DNA of 26,687 nucleotides from Octopus sinensis (Eukaryota): the NCBI RefSeq assembly GCF_006345805.1, contig NW_021834119.1, forward strand, positions 1 to 26,687, written 5' to 3'. The notes beneath the pieces were generated by a model. It did not search any database. It saw nothing but the letters and a program-made list of their open reading frames with translations, and was not told the origin of the DNA. Positions 11,336-21,654 of this stretch are shown piece after piece. The position numbers and the translations under genes are program-made. Positions within the stretch are counted from its first letter, which is position 1. The number at the start of each line of letters is the position of its first letter.

Positions 11336-11980
11336 ACCATTTGGACCTTTGGGTTTACTGGTCCTTTTGCCTGTGTTGAATGTCATTGTTATTAAAGGAA
11401 TTCAGTAAACCTTTAAAAGAAACCTACACTAGAAATGTTCAACCCTATCAAATACTATATTATAATGCTTTGGCAATGTTTACAGAGCCTAGTATTGCTA
11501 TATTATAGACCGTGCCTATGGCTATCTTCATAGAGGATATAGTAATATCTTTGCCAAAACCTTGCAAATCGTTCCAATTATAGCTATTCCATCTAAGATA
11601 ATAAACATATCATTTAACTGACACAATGGGGTTCAGTTGAACATTATTTCGGTGTGATTCTTGAGTGTTTGGTTTTCAGCTTGCTTCTACATATTAATGT
11701 CACATTGTATTGTTATAAAGATAATTCATTGTGCTATTATCATGGAGAATTATGTCTGCCATTTATTGGTCTGTCTCTTTGTTAAAGTTATTTTCTAAGC
11801 TAGTTGCGGTTTCATGTGAATACTTGGCTGCTTTTTTTTATATCTCCAAGAATAAAATTGGAAGGCAATGCTATTGTAAAGCAGGTTATTCTGTTGCCCA
11901 ACGCAGACCGGATTTGCAAATATAGGATAGAATATACTCTGTTTTATATGTGGAACAGACTAGTACAGTGACACAAATCA

Positions 11981-12410
11981 GTAGAGAGCCGGATAAAATG
12001 ACCGTGGTTCGTCATAATTTGTAGAGCGTTTGATAAATTAATGGTGGGTTGTCATAATTGGTACAGCATTAGACAAAATGACGGCAGTTTGTAAAAATAT
12101 CGGTAGAGCGTTGGATAAAATGATGGGGGTTTGTCATAATTGGTATTACGTTGGACAAAATGACGGTGGATTGTAAGAATTGGTAGAGCGTCAGACAAAA
12201 TGACGGTGCACTGTCATGGGAAAAATAGTGTCGAATTATTATAAATGGCGGTAGATTGAAAGAACTAGTAGGGCGTCGATGAAAACGGATTTGATAGAGC
12301 ATCAAACAAATTGTCAGTGATTCTTCAAGAATGTGTAGGGTATCGAACAAATTGTGAATTTGCCACGAATTGGTAGTGACGAACAATATGGCGACGGTCT
12401 GTCAGTATCA
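11981..12410 (+). repeat. Diverged 40-bp minisatellite, ~6 clear and ~4 decayed units
   Basis: Units start at 11981, 12021, 12061, 12103, 12143, 12183; consensus GTAGAGCGTTGGAYAAAATGACGGTGGTTTGTCATAATTG; decays rightwards. Confidence 0.85.
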
Positions 12411-12516
12411 AAAGAACGGCAAACAAATTTTCTTTGCTCGGTGGTGCTAAAATAGAAAACACTTGGCCAAAATGCAGCGCAATAACACCGAATTCGAGAC
12501 CACGTGGTTGCAATAC

Positions 12517-12932
12517 CTATTTCTTTACTACCCACAAGGGGCTAAACACAGAGGGGACAAACAAGGAAGGACAAACGGATTAAGTCGATTACATTGACCC
12601 CAGTGCGTAACTGGTACTTATTTAATCGACCCTGAAAGGAGGAAAGGCAAAGTCGGCCTCAGCGGAATTTGAACTCAGGACGTAGCGGCAGACGAAATAC
12701 CTATTTCTTTACTACCCACAAGAGGCTAAACACAGAGAGGGCAAACAAGGACAGACAAACGGATTAAGTCGATTATATCGACCCCAGTGCGTAACTGGTA
12801 CTTATTTAATCGACCCTGAAATGATGAAAGGCAAAGACGACCTTGGAGGAATTTGAACTCAGAACGTAGCGGCAGACGAAATACGGCTACGCATTTCGCC
12901 CAGCGTGCTAACGCTTCTGCCAGCTCGCTGCC
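12517..12932 (-). mobile_element. Head-to-tail SINE dimer (full unit 12701-12932 + A-box-less unit 12517-12700)
   Basis: Two near-identical ~184-bp bodies; only the right unit carries the tRNA head (GGCAGCGAGCTGGCAGAAGCGTTAGC on minus); junction GAAATAC|CTATTTC. Confidence 0.9.
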
Positions 12933-13319
12933 TTGCAATACCAGCATCTTAACCACAAAGATGGCCTGCACTTGTAATTTAATAGAAAACTTCATTCTTT
13001 CGTTTTTTGTTCTTTCTATCTTCTATTATCTATTCTTCACATTTTTTGAGGGGGCGTAGGGGGGAGCTTTTACTTTCTTCTTTTCTTCCTGTCATCCAAA
13101 CTCACTTATCTATGGTACATTCTCTGATATTAATAGAGACAAGGTCTCGAGATGTTTCTCTTCTTGATGAGAGCGGCTGTCTTTATTAATCACAACCGTC
13201 GCCATTATTGGAATGTCCTTCTCCATGGTTTTCTCAAATATCATGCATTAGGTCTTTTTGCTGCTTGGGTGTTTGGTTGTGTGCATATAAAAATATGTCT
13301 ATATAAGTTAAATGTATTT

Positions 13320-13320
13320 T

Positions 13321-13363
<43 letters not shown>

Positions 13364-13455
13364 ACCTATATGCGCACACATTTGTATATATACGTATATG
13401 TGCGTATATGTGTCAGTATATGTGAGTAAATCTATAAATATCTATACTCGTTTGT

Positions 13456-13495
<40 letters not shown>

Positions 13496-13694
13496 GTGTG
13501 TTATACGTACTTTTATGCAAATATATATACATTCGTACAATGTATATATATATATGCACACATGGATATATTTACATTTACATACATATGTATGTGTGTA
13601 TATACATACATATGTAAAAATATATATTTATGTATGTGCACACACACATACACATATGTTTGTATATATGTATATACATTCAAACATAGGTACG

Positions 13695-13734
<40 letters not shown>

Positions 13735-13756
13735 CAGACACCCAGACAGACAGAAC

Positions 13757-13826
<70 letters not shown>

Positions 13827-13851
13827 CAGACAGATAGACAGATAGATAGAC

Positions 13852-13940
<89 letters not shown>
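13320..13940. repeat. (TA)/(TG) tract followed by ~245 bp (AGAT)n/(AGAC)n
   Basis: Directly visible. Confidence 0.95.
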
Positions 13941-14039
13941 TATTATACACATATTGTTATATGTTGGCCTTTGCACTCTTCTCATCACTTCCTGGACTTA
14001 AATGCTTCCCTCTGAACAGCCTCTTTAAGATTGACATTT

Positions 14040-14225
14040 AGGAATCTCACGAAAGCTTCAAATAAAATGCCTTGCGTTTATTTGTTTTGGATCTTTGAGT
14101 TCTAATCCTGCCGAGATCGACATTGTCTATCAATCTCTCTGGAGTCGTTAAAATAAAATACTGCTCAAATACTGAAGTTGCTTCAATTTCCTAACCCTCT
14201 TCTCCCAAAATTTTAGGCCTTTTGC
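14040..14225 (+). mobile_element. Highly diverged SINE copy
   Basis: AAAATGCCTTGCG..GAGTTCTAATCCTGCCGAGATCGAC..AAAATTTTAGGCCTT aligns with 3703-3922. Confidence 0.6.
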
Positions 14226-14247
14226 TTATAAGAAACAACTGACGTTG

Positions 14248-14340
14248 GTACTCTTTACTCTTTTACTCTTTTACTTGTTTCAGTCATTTTGACTGCGGCC
14301 ATACTGGAGCACCGCCTTTTAGTCGACCAAATCGAACCCT
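14248..14340 (-). mobile_element. SINE 3' tail with LINE-related terminus and (GTAAAAGA)n tail
   Basis: Minus: GGGTTCGATTTGGTCGACTAAAAGGCGGTGCTCCAGTATGGCCGCAGTCAAAATGACTGAAACAAG-TAAAAGAGTAAAAGAG. Confidence 0.75.
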
Positions 14341-14645
14341 GGACAGTGGTTATGGTATTCGGTTCGATTCCCAGCAACGCGTTGTGTCCTTGAGCAAGAC
14401 ACTTTATTTCACGTTGCTCCAGTCCACTCAGCTGACAAAAATGAGTTGTACCTGTAATTCAAAGGGGTCAGCCTTGTCACAATTCGTATCACGCGGAGTC
14501 TCCCTGAGAACTACGTTAAGGGTACGACTGTCTGTGGAATACTCAGTCACTTGCACATTAATTTCACGAGCTGTTGAGCTGTTGACTTTTCTGTTGATCA
14601 GGTCAACTGAAACGCTAGCCGTCGCAACCGACGGCGAACCAGTTG
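14341..14645 (+). mobile_element. tRNA-derived SINE with CORE-like middle domain
   Basis: B-box GGTTCGATTCCC, then GTGTCCTTGAGCAAGACACTTTATTTCACGTTGCTCCAGTCCACTCAGCTG..AAATGAGT (CORE-like, shared with 21655 and 18330 copies); 3' part shared with 6722-6900. Confidence 0.8.
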
Positions 14646-15489
14646 TTTCACCGATTATACATAAGCTAACCCGAGCGCTCGCAGTAAAAGACATTTACTT
14701 AAACCCCCATGCAGTGGAACTGAAACCGAGACCTTGCGATTGCGAAGCAAATTTCTCAACCATTCGATCGAGCCACATCCTATCGACGGAGTACTACAGT
14801 AAAAGCATTTAAAATACCACTAGTAGAAACGAAACCGCGATCTTATGATTACTAAACACAATTTTCAACCATTCGGTGGTATCGTATCCACTAGACTGGT
14901 TACGCCAAAGAAAACAACATTTTTATGGTAGTTTTTATCTGAAAGAAAGAGCAGTTACCGTCTTTAATTATGTACTGTAGATCTTTCAAACCAACTGTAT
15001 ATTTAGCCAGAAGCAACACGCAATCGAAAGAGTGTTATTAATAAATAACATAGAGAAGCCACACAATCATTCATTTGTCCATAATATGGTTCCTTTGCCC
15101 GTATGACACTTGTCAATATCATGACGTCGATTAATTTTTAACGCGTGTGCAGCAGTAAAGTCAAACAAAAACTAAAAAAATATGTTATATTGATTATTTT
15201 CTGGAAAAAATATAATGAATGGTATTTCATAAAGTCAAACAATTAATTGTGATTATCGCTTTGGTCAGATTGAAATACAATGCAGAATAGAAGTGAATTG
15301 ATAATGCTAAGAGATATGACGGAAAAATTATTAATAATAAGCGACTAATAAATTATCGGGCGATTTAGTAACACAGAGAGAGCCATTACGTTTTTAAACA
15401 CACAAATATATACACATATACATATGATAGAAAAATATTTTTTTAAATTACACGATGACGTGGTAAAAAAAAAGAAAAGAAAAGTGGTG

Positions 15490-15595
15490 TATTAGCTGAC
15501 GATCAGGAATGTTGGAAGACGTTAAGATTACAAGCCTACGCTCTTCTACTGAAAAGCAGATGAAGACAGAGAAAATAAGGAGAAAAGAACAAGCA
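15490..15595 (-). mobile_element. Decayed Penelope-like/retrozyme-type repeat (family A)
   Basis: GTGTATTAG..ACGATCAGGAAT..AGCCTACGCTCTTCTAC aligns with 19215-19285; hammerhead core decayed. Confidence 0.5.
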
Positions 15596-15638
15596 CGTCT
15601 GAAACAGACGATCGCAGCATTATGGAATGACCATGTAA

Positions 15639-15747
<109 letters not shown>

Positions 15748-15769
15748 ATATATAAAGTTAATCCAAACA

Positions 15770-15935
15770 TGAAAACACAAGAGAAAACACAATGCGAGGA
15801 CATGGAACAAATATAGTATTACTGGACGCTCAGGGAAGAAGGAAAGAAGGAGGGTTTAACGTTTCAAGCGGAGCTCTTCGTCGGAAACATAGGAAAAAAA
15901 ATCGCCAACGGTACACACGCGGTCACATTTTGAAA
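15770..15935 (-). mobile_element. Penelope-like/retrozyme-type repeat (family B) in (TA)n
   Basis: Short complex insert between (TA)n tracts, with a ..TATTA.TGGACGCTCAGG..ACGTTTC.AGC..GCTCTTC layout parallel to family A. Confidence 0.55.
15854..15888 (-). ncRNA. Minimal type I hammerhead ribozyme-like motif (non-canonical core CCGACGA)
   Basis: Minus: GUUU-CCGACGA-A-GAGC-UCC-GCUU-GAAAC-GUU-AAAC: helix I GUUU/AAAC, helix II GAGC/GCUU, loopless palindromic helix III (ACGU). Confidence 0.55.
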
Positions 15936-15944
15936 ATATATATG

Positions 15945-16012
<68 letters not shown>

Positions 16013-16261
16013 CGGAGATGTACTTGCATGCATAAAAAGTGATCTGATCTGAGATAGTGTTCTGAAACAAAAACAGTTGCAGCGTGGAAGGTGTTTATAA
16101 GCTATTTAAAAATACACAAAAACTGTTAGATTCGCTTCAACATTTAAATTTAATTTGTCAAAATATTTTCGTCGCTTTGAAACCACGTCCTGTTCACTGA
16201 CAAAATTCAGTGCTATATATGTATGTGTGTGTGTGTGTGTGGAGGCGCGTGGCTCAGTGGA

Positions 16262-16380
16262 TGTGTAAACAACAAACAGATGTATTAGTTTAACGCTCGG
16301 GAAATAAAAATGTCTTTTACGTTTCGAGGCTACGCTCTTCGACAGAAAGGAACACAGACATAAGCAGAGAGAGAAAATAA
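16262..16380 (-). mobile_element. Penelope-like/retrozyme-type repeat (family A)
   Basis: Closely similar to 19200-19310 (AAACAGATGTATTAGT.TAACGCTC.GGAA..GTCTTTTACGTTTCGAG.CTA.GCTCTTC.ACAGAAAGG.ACACAGA); follows a truncated SINE head at 16238-16260. Confidence 0.65.
16314..16349 (-). ncRNA. Minimal type I hammerhead ribozyme-like motif (core CUGUCGA)
   Basis: Minus: CUUU-CUGUCGA-A-GAG-CGUAGC-CUC-GAAAC-GUA-AAAG; helix I can extend 4 bp (ACAU/GUGU) across a 2-nt bulge. Confidence 0.55.
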
Positions 16381-16397
16381 ATACATACATACATATA

Positions 16398-16708
16398 CAT
16401 ATTGTTGTTTGTTCCTTCTCGAGTCACGCCTGGCTCATAACGGCCGGTTTCCCGGTTACTTTTGCGTATAGGTTCCCCATTTGGACGGGACGCCGGTCCG
16501 TCGCAGGTGAGCTGCAAGATGCAGGTAGAAAGAATGAGAGAAAGTTGTGGCGAAAGAGTCAACAGAAGTTCGCCATTACATTCTGCCGGAGCCGCGTGGA
16601 ACTAAAGTGTTTCGTTCATAAACACACACATCACCCGGTCTGAGATTCGAACCCGCTATCCCTCGACCGCGAGTCCGCTGCTCTAACCACTAGGCCATTT
16701 GCCTCCAC
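16398..16708 (-). mobile_element. tRNA-derived SINE, full length
   Basis: Minus head GTGGAGGCAAATGGCCTAGTGGTTAGAGCAGCGGACTCGCGGTCGAGGGATAGCGGGTTCGAATCTC (A and B boxes), unique body, (ACA)n-like tail. Confidence 0.88.
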
Positions 16709-16855
16709 ACCTATACATATGCACACATATTAATTGCTGGTTGGGTCACAGTGGCTAGTTTTGTAGCCCCAACATACTTACCTAGTATATTAAAGGTTTT
16801 TAAGTCAATACTGTCGCCTACTTTTGTGTTAGCAGTGACATTCAATCATTTCTAA

Positions 16856-17263
16856 GTGCGCGTGTGCGTGTGAGCATGAGCGTGTGTGTGCGTGTGCGTG
16901 TGTGCGTGTGCGCGTATGCATGTGAGCGTGTGTGCGCATGTGCGTGTGTTAGCGTGTGCGTGTGTTAGCGTGTGCGTGTATGCGTGTGTGCGTGTACATA
17001 TGTGCGTGCGCGTGTATGTGTGTGCGTGTGCATGTGTGCATGCGCGTGTATGCGTGTGTGCGTGTGCGTGTGCGCCTGTGCGTGTAAGTGTGCGTGTGCG
17101 TATGTACGTGTGCACGTATTCATGTGTGCGTGCGTGCGTATATGTGTGTGTGCGTGTGTTCGTGCGCGTGTATGCGTGTGCGCGTGTGTGCGTGTATGCG
17201 TGTATGCGTGTGCGCGTGTATGCGTGTATGCGTGTGCGCGTGCATGCGTGTGCACGTGCGTAC
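16856..17263. repeat. ~400 bp alternating purine-pyrimidine (TG/CG/TA) compound repeat
   Basis: GTGC/GTGT/GTAT/GCGT units with few breaks in RY alternation; CpG-rich. Confidence 0.95.
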
Positions 17264-17269
17264 TCCCCT

Positions 17270-17445
17270 TCCCGACACTGCTTGACCCCTGATGCTGGTT
17301 TACTCATATTACCATAACTCGACAAAAAGAGTCCGATAGAGTAAGTACCAAATAAAATAGCACCAGGAGTCGATTTGTTCGACTATAAGCCCCTTTAACA
17401 CGGTGCCCCAGCATGGCCGCAGTCCAGTGTCAAGATGAAAGATAT
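17270..17445 (+). mobile_element. SINE 3' part with LINE-related tail
   Basis: GCTTGAC..GATGCTGGT..CCGATAGAGTAAGTAC..GGAGTCGATTTGTTCGACT..CGGTGCCCCAGCATGGCCGCAGTC; homologous to 14248-14340 and 26105-26297. Confidence 0.75.
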
Positions 17446-17814
17446 AACATTCGCAAGAACGCAAGGATATCATAGAAAACGAGAGAGCCATATCAACGCA
17501 GAAACTCTTTCTTTCAATGATAACACTGGTAAACAACAGCTGATGACGTTACGTCAACTCTCAGACATTGATCTGGTTTAATCTTTGTTCCTTGGTGAGT
17601 GTTATTAGATTTGAAAACAAATTATGACCAGATTAAATCAAGACAATGCAGGAACGGAGTTATGGTAAAGAAAATTAGTTTTCCGCTAATGAATTATCAA
17701 AGAATTTTTATGCATTCGGCTTCTCACCAGGAAAGCAATCACGGAATGTAGTTTGTTGGTGCAATGTCGCTCTTTCATCGCTCCTTATATTTGTCGTTCG
17801 CCCGTTATTACATT

Positions 17815-18190
17815 GTGAGGTATATTTGCCATCTCAATATGGCTAACCACTAAGGGTGGGTGTTACTGTAGCTTGTAGCCCCAGGAGAACATCTCCTCCA
17901 GCTGGCTTTAGGCACACTTTCTGTGCCCTATCGGTATTTGCAAAGGGAGGTCACCCTTCCCTCGTCAACCTAAGTGATACGCACGGACTGCAGTTTCTAG
18001 GTATTGACCTACGCAGTCTGTGCGTATCACTTAGGTTGACGAGGGAGGGATGACCTTCCTTTGCAAATACCTTAAAGGCACAGAAAGTGTGCCTAAAGCC
18101 AGCTGGAGACGATGATCTCCTGGGGTTAAAAAGCTACGGTAACACCCACCATTAGTGGTTAGCCATATTGAGATGGAAAATATACCTCAC
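17815..18190. mobile_element. ~376 bp foldback element / MITE-like DNA transposon
   Basis: Arms 17814-17991 and 18013-18191 are reverse complements at roughly 90% identity by eye; termini GTGAGGTATATTT...AAATATACCTCAC flanked by ATT on both sides (candidate 3-bp TSD); ~21-nt spacer. Confidence 0.85.
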
Positions 18191-18329
18191 ATTCTCGTGC
18201 AGTTACTGTTTATACCTCGTTCAGAGATTTATTATCGTTATTACATTGTTTTCCACATATCAAAATACAACTAACTATGGGGTGTACAGAGTTACCTTTC
18301 AACACCTGATGTACGAGCAAAACCCTGAA

Positions 18330-18563
18330 CCTTACTGACTCGAGCCCCGGTTTATATGGCATATAAGAGACCGAGATCTCAACATTCTCTCTGAACCGGA
18401 CGCCAGTCCGTTGCAGGGTAACTCATTTACAGCTGAGTGAACTGAGGCAACGCGAAATGAAGCGTTTCGCTCAAAAACACAACACATCGTCCGATCCAGG
18501 AATGGAAATCACGATGCTGCAATCGCGAGTGCAATATCTGAACCACTAAGCCACGTGCCTTCC
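18330..18563 (-). mobile_element. tRNA-derived SINE with CORE-like domain
   Basis: Minus: GGAAGGCACGTGGCTTAGTGGTTCAG..TTCCATTCCTGGATCGGACGATGTGTTGTGTTTTTGAGCGAAACG..CACTCAGCTGTAAATGAGT..GGACTGGCGTCC; same family as 21655-21900. Confidence 0.8.
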
Positions 18564-18719
18564 TAGTTCACGAGAGCAGGGACCGAGAAATTGATTTCCT
18601 GTTATGATCCATGATGGCATTGTTGAGTGACTTTCGAATTTATGAACGAATTTAGTATTTTTGAGACACACATGCAACACCAGGGTATATAAGATTATAT
18701 GGCGATAATAATAATGAGC

Positions 18720-18908
18720 ATGCGTGTGTGTGTGTGTGTGTGTCTGTGTCTGTGTGTCTGTGTCTGTGTGTGTGTGTGCGCGCTTATTCGTTTGTAGGAA
18801 GTGCAAAGATTGTGACGCTGAGATAACTTGAAGATACGGAAGGGTTTGAAGTATTGCGATATATGTATGTATGTATATGTGTGTATATATACTATTATAT
18901 ATATATAC

Positions 18909-18946
<38 letters not shown>

Positions 18947-19088
18947 ATATATATATATATATATAATATATACATATACTATACATATATGTATATATAT
19001 ATACATATGTATATATATATATGTATGTATGTATATATATATTATTACATATATAATATATATATGTATGTACGTATGTATGTATGTG

Positions 19089-19158
<70 letters not shown>
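18720..19158. repeat. (TG)n and long (TA)n/(TATG)n tracts
   Basis: Directly visible. Confidence 0.9.
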
Positions 19159-19375
19159 GGGAGAGTTTACGATAAAAAACAAAAGACGAAGGCAGGTAGT
19201 GTACAAAACAAACAGATGTATTAGTATAACGCTCAGGAATAGAAAAAGTCTTTTACGTTTCGAGCCTATGCTCTTCTACAGAAAGGGACACAGAGAAAAC
19301 AAGGAGAGAAACAAGGAAATAAAAAGAGGAGAGATAAAAATGTGTGAAGTGGCTACCGATCTATCATGGCGACTA
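19157..19375 (-). mobile_element. Penelope-like/retrozyme-type repeat (family A), best preserved copy
   Basis: ~220 bp insert between (TA)n tracts, homologous to 16262-16380 and 15490-15595; no ORF. Confidence 0.7.
19250..19285 (-). ncRNA. Minimal type I hammerhead ribozyme-like motif (core CUGUAGA)
   Basis: Minus: CUUU-CUGUAGA-A-GAGC-AUAG-GCUC-GAAAC-GUA-AAAG: helix I 4 bp, helix II 4 bp + tetraloop, loopless helix III, GUA cleavage triplet. Confidence 0.6.
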
Positions 19376-19384
19376 TATATAAAT

Positions 19385-19527
19385 AGATACATAGCTTACA
19401 TACATACATACATAAATACATACATACATACATACATACATACACACAGACATACATACATACATGTTCGTTCTTGTGTTTGTAAGTACGCATGTACGCA
19501 TGTGTATGTGTTTGATTGTGTTTCGGG

Positions 19528-19594
<67 letters not shown>
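19385..19594. repeat. (CATA)n and (AGAT)n microsatellites
   Basis: Directly visible. Confidence 0.9.
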
Positions 19595-19640
19595 CGAAAC
19601 ATATATGTATATACACACACTCACACACACAAACATATAC

Positions 19641-19716
19641 ATGCAAATATACACGAGAGGGCGCGTTTATGCAAATGAGGTTAGCAGTGTGCATATTTAT
19701 ATGAGAATGGGCGGAG
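19641..19716 (+). promoter_or_regulatory. Candidate octamer/GC-box cluster
   Basis: ATGCAAAT at 19641-19648 and 19669-19676 (extended TATGCAAATGAG), GGGCGGAG at 19709-19716. Motif match only. Confidence 0.25.
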
Positions 19717-19819
19717 TCAAAGACATTAGCGATCTAGATGGAGGAAGAACATAGGACACTATCAGCCTATACGGACGAAGGGGTTCGACAAATAATAAAT
19801 TCATTTAACACGGCTTGTC

Positions 19820-20050
19820 GCGCATAACACTGCTGTTGTCTTTGTGTAGCTCTAGGTCAGATGCAAACGAGAAAATCTGTAGTGAAAACCGTGCCATCCG
19901 CAACCATCCAGTCTTATTGTTTTCTGATATCAACATTATCAAATGTAGGCTTTTTTAAACAAAAAAAAAGGTAGAGTGTGATTTGTGGGAGGTTTGACTG
20001 CGGTTTTTAGCAGGTCAAGTGGATATGTTGGATCGCTTGTCTCCTGGTCA
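19820..20050. mobile_element. Old diverged interspersed repeat
   Basis: GTCTTTGTGTAGCTCTAGGTCAG..ACCATCC.GTCTT and GGTAGAGTGTGATTTG.GGGAG.TTTG.CTGC..TTT.TAGCAGGTCAAGTGGATATGT resemble a common octopus repeat from memory; a related GCTATTTCTA remnant is at ~22410. Confidence 0.35.
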
Positions 20051-20889
20051 TATGAGTCATTATTTGGTGGTCTTTGATAATATTTGGACTATTTGCATCC
20101 AGTGCACATAGTAAAGCGTGTTCTCCACTGACGAGAATTAATAAGACTGAAACATGTCTGAAGTTCTCTACCTTCCTTGTTGCGGTGATTGACTTATTAA
20201 AAAGATTTGGCTGATATTTTAAGAACTCTAATAAGCCCATAGAAGTTCCTTTATTGGCACGACACCTAAAATGAAATACGTGCACGTGACAAAAAATTCG
20301 ACAGTAAAGGAGATAAAGGACGAGACAGCGAGATCGCGAGAGGGGGAGAGAGAGATGGGAGGAGTGATTTTCAAGTTCAGATAAAACAATATCAACGAAA
20401 AAAAAACAAATAATTCGAACATACTACTTCATTACCGACAAAAAAAAAAAAAAAAAAAAATACCACAGAACAAAACAAAATATAATTAAAAATATATTGA
20501 TTTTAATTTTGGTCTCTTAAAAAGTTAAATCTGTCAGATTTTCAAAATATCAGCGTATAAGAGAAAGCTAAATAAAAATTCTTAAAAATATGTAAAAATT
20601 TCCTGAAAGGCAAAAATTTATTCGAAAGTAGTCTGTCTTTCTATTTAAGAAAATAGTGAATGATATCGATTTTAAGTTTCTTCGGTTAAAAAGTTTAAAT
20701 TTTCCAAAATATTCAAGATTTTCAACTCAAGTACTCAAAGAGCGTTTCTTGAAGATTTTTAGAAATCTTCAAAATACAAGACTTTCAAGATTTTGGAATA
20801 AAAGAATACTAAATAATAAATAAACAGATGTAGTTTTTAGAACCGTATCTACCAAATAATCTTTGAATGGTTCTACTTAGTTTGCAGTA

Positions 20890-21170
20890 GATATGTATGT
20901 ATATATGAATGTATGAATGAATGTATGTATGTATGTATGTATGTAGGTGTGTATTATGTATGTATGTAGGTATGTAAGCATGTAGGTATGCATGTATGTA
21001 TGTAGGTAGGTAGATAGATAGGTAGGTAGGTATATATGCATGTATACATGTATGTATGTAGGTATATAGGTTTATATGTATATATGTATATATGTATGTA
21101 TGTATGTAGGTAGGTAGGTAGGTATGTATATATTTAGGTATATATATACATGTATGTATATTGTGTGTAC

Positions 21171-21206
<36 letters not shown>

Positions 21207-21560
21207 GTGTACATGTGCTTGTATAGGTATACTTATACATATATATATATGTATCTATATACAGATGTGTGTGTGTGTTTGTGTGTGTATATATATATAT
21301 ATATACGTATATACATATGTGCATAATTGTATATGTACATATGCACATGCATATATACATATTTACATGCACATATATATATACATACATACATACGCAC
21401 ATAAATTCACATGCATATATGTATTTATGCATATACATAAATATACGTACACATATATACATACATATATAAGCACCTTTGCATATATACACTTGTACAT
21501 ATATTTACAAATATATATTCATACATTTGCATATACATGTGATTATATCTGTTTGTAAGC
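20890..21560. repeat. Degenerate (TATG)n/(TAGG)n/(TA)n tract
   Basis: Directly visible. Confidence 0.9.
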
Positions 21561-21654
21561 ACATTTGGGTTACAAATGGGAGACAAAAGAACTGAACACA
21601 AAATTCATGGCGCATATATATATACATATAATTTATACGTGTGTATACATGTAT

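Noticed and set aside
11340-11935. Possible degenerate LINE endonuclease region (minus-strand ILGD-like motif)
   Set aside because: Many stops in all frames and only one weak motif; not supportable without a profile search.
11981-12410. CRISPR-like repeat-spacer array
   Set aside because: The variable halves are homologous to each other rather than unique spacers, the repeats are diverged, there are no cas genes and the context is eukaryotic; treated as a minisatellite.
14384-14812. 142-aa ORF with ordinary composition
   Set aside because: Lies almost entirely within SINE sequence repeated elsewhere in the window (6722, 21655).
16635-16708. tRNA gene (also 3703, 18490-18563, 21655, 23078)
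   Set aside because: A/B boxes are present but there is no clean acceptor stem or T-run terminator, and each continues into a repeated SINE body.
20278-20290. E-box GCACGTGAC
   Set aside because: Single short motif without supporting context.
20500-20880. AT-rich segment with recurring TTTTCAA(G)A words and an 8-bp hairpin (GAAGATTT-TTAG-AAATCTTC)
   Set aside because: No consistent period, and such short hairpins are expected by chance at this AT content.
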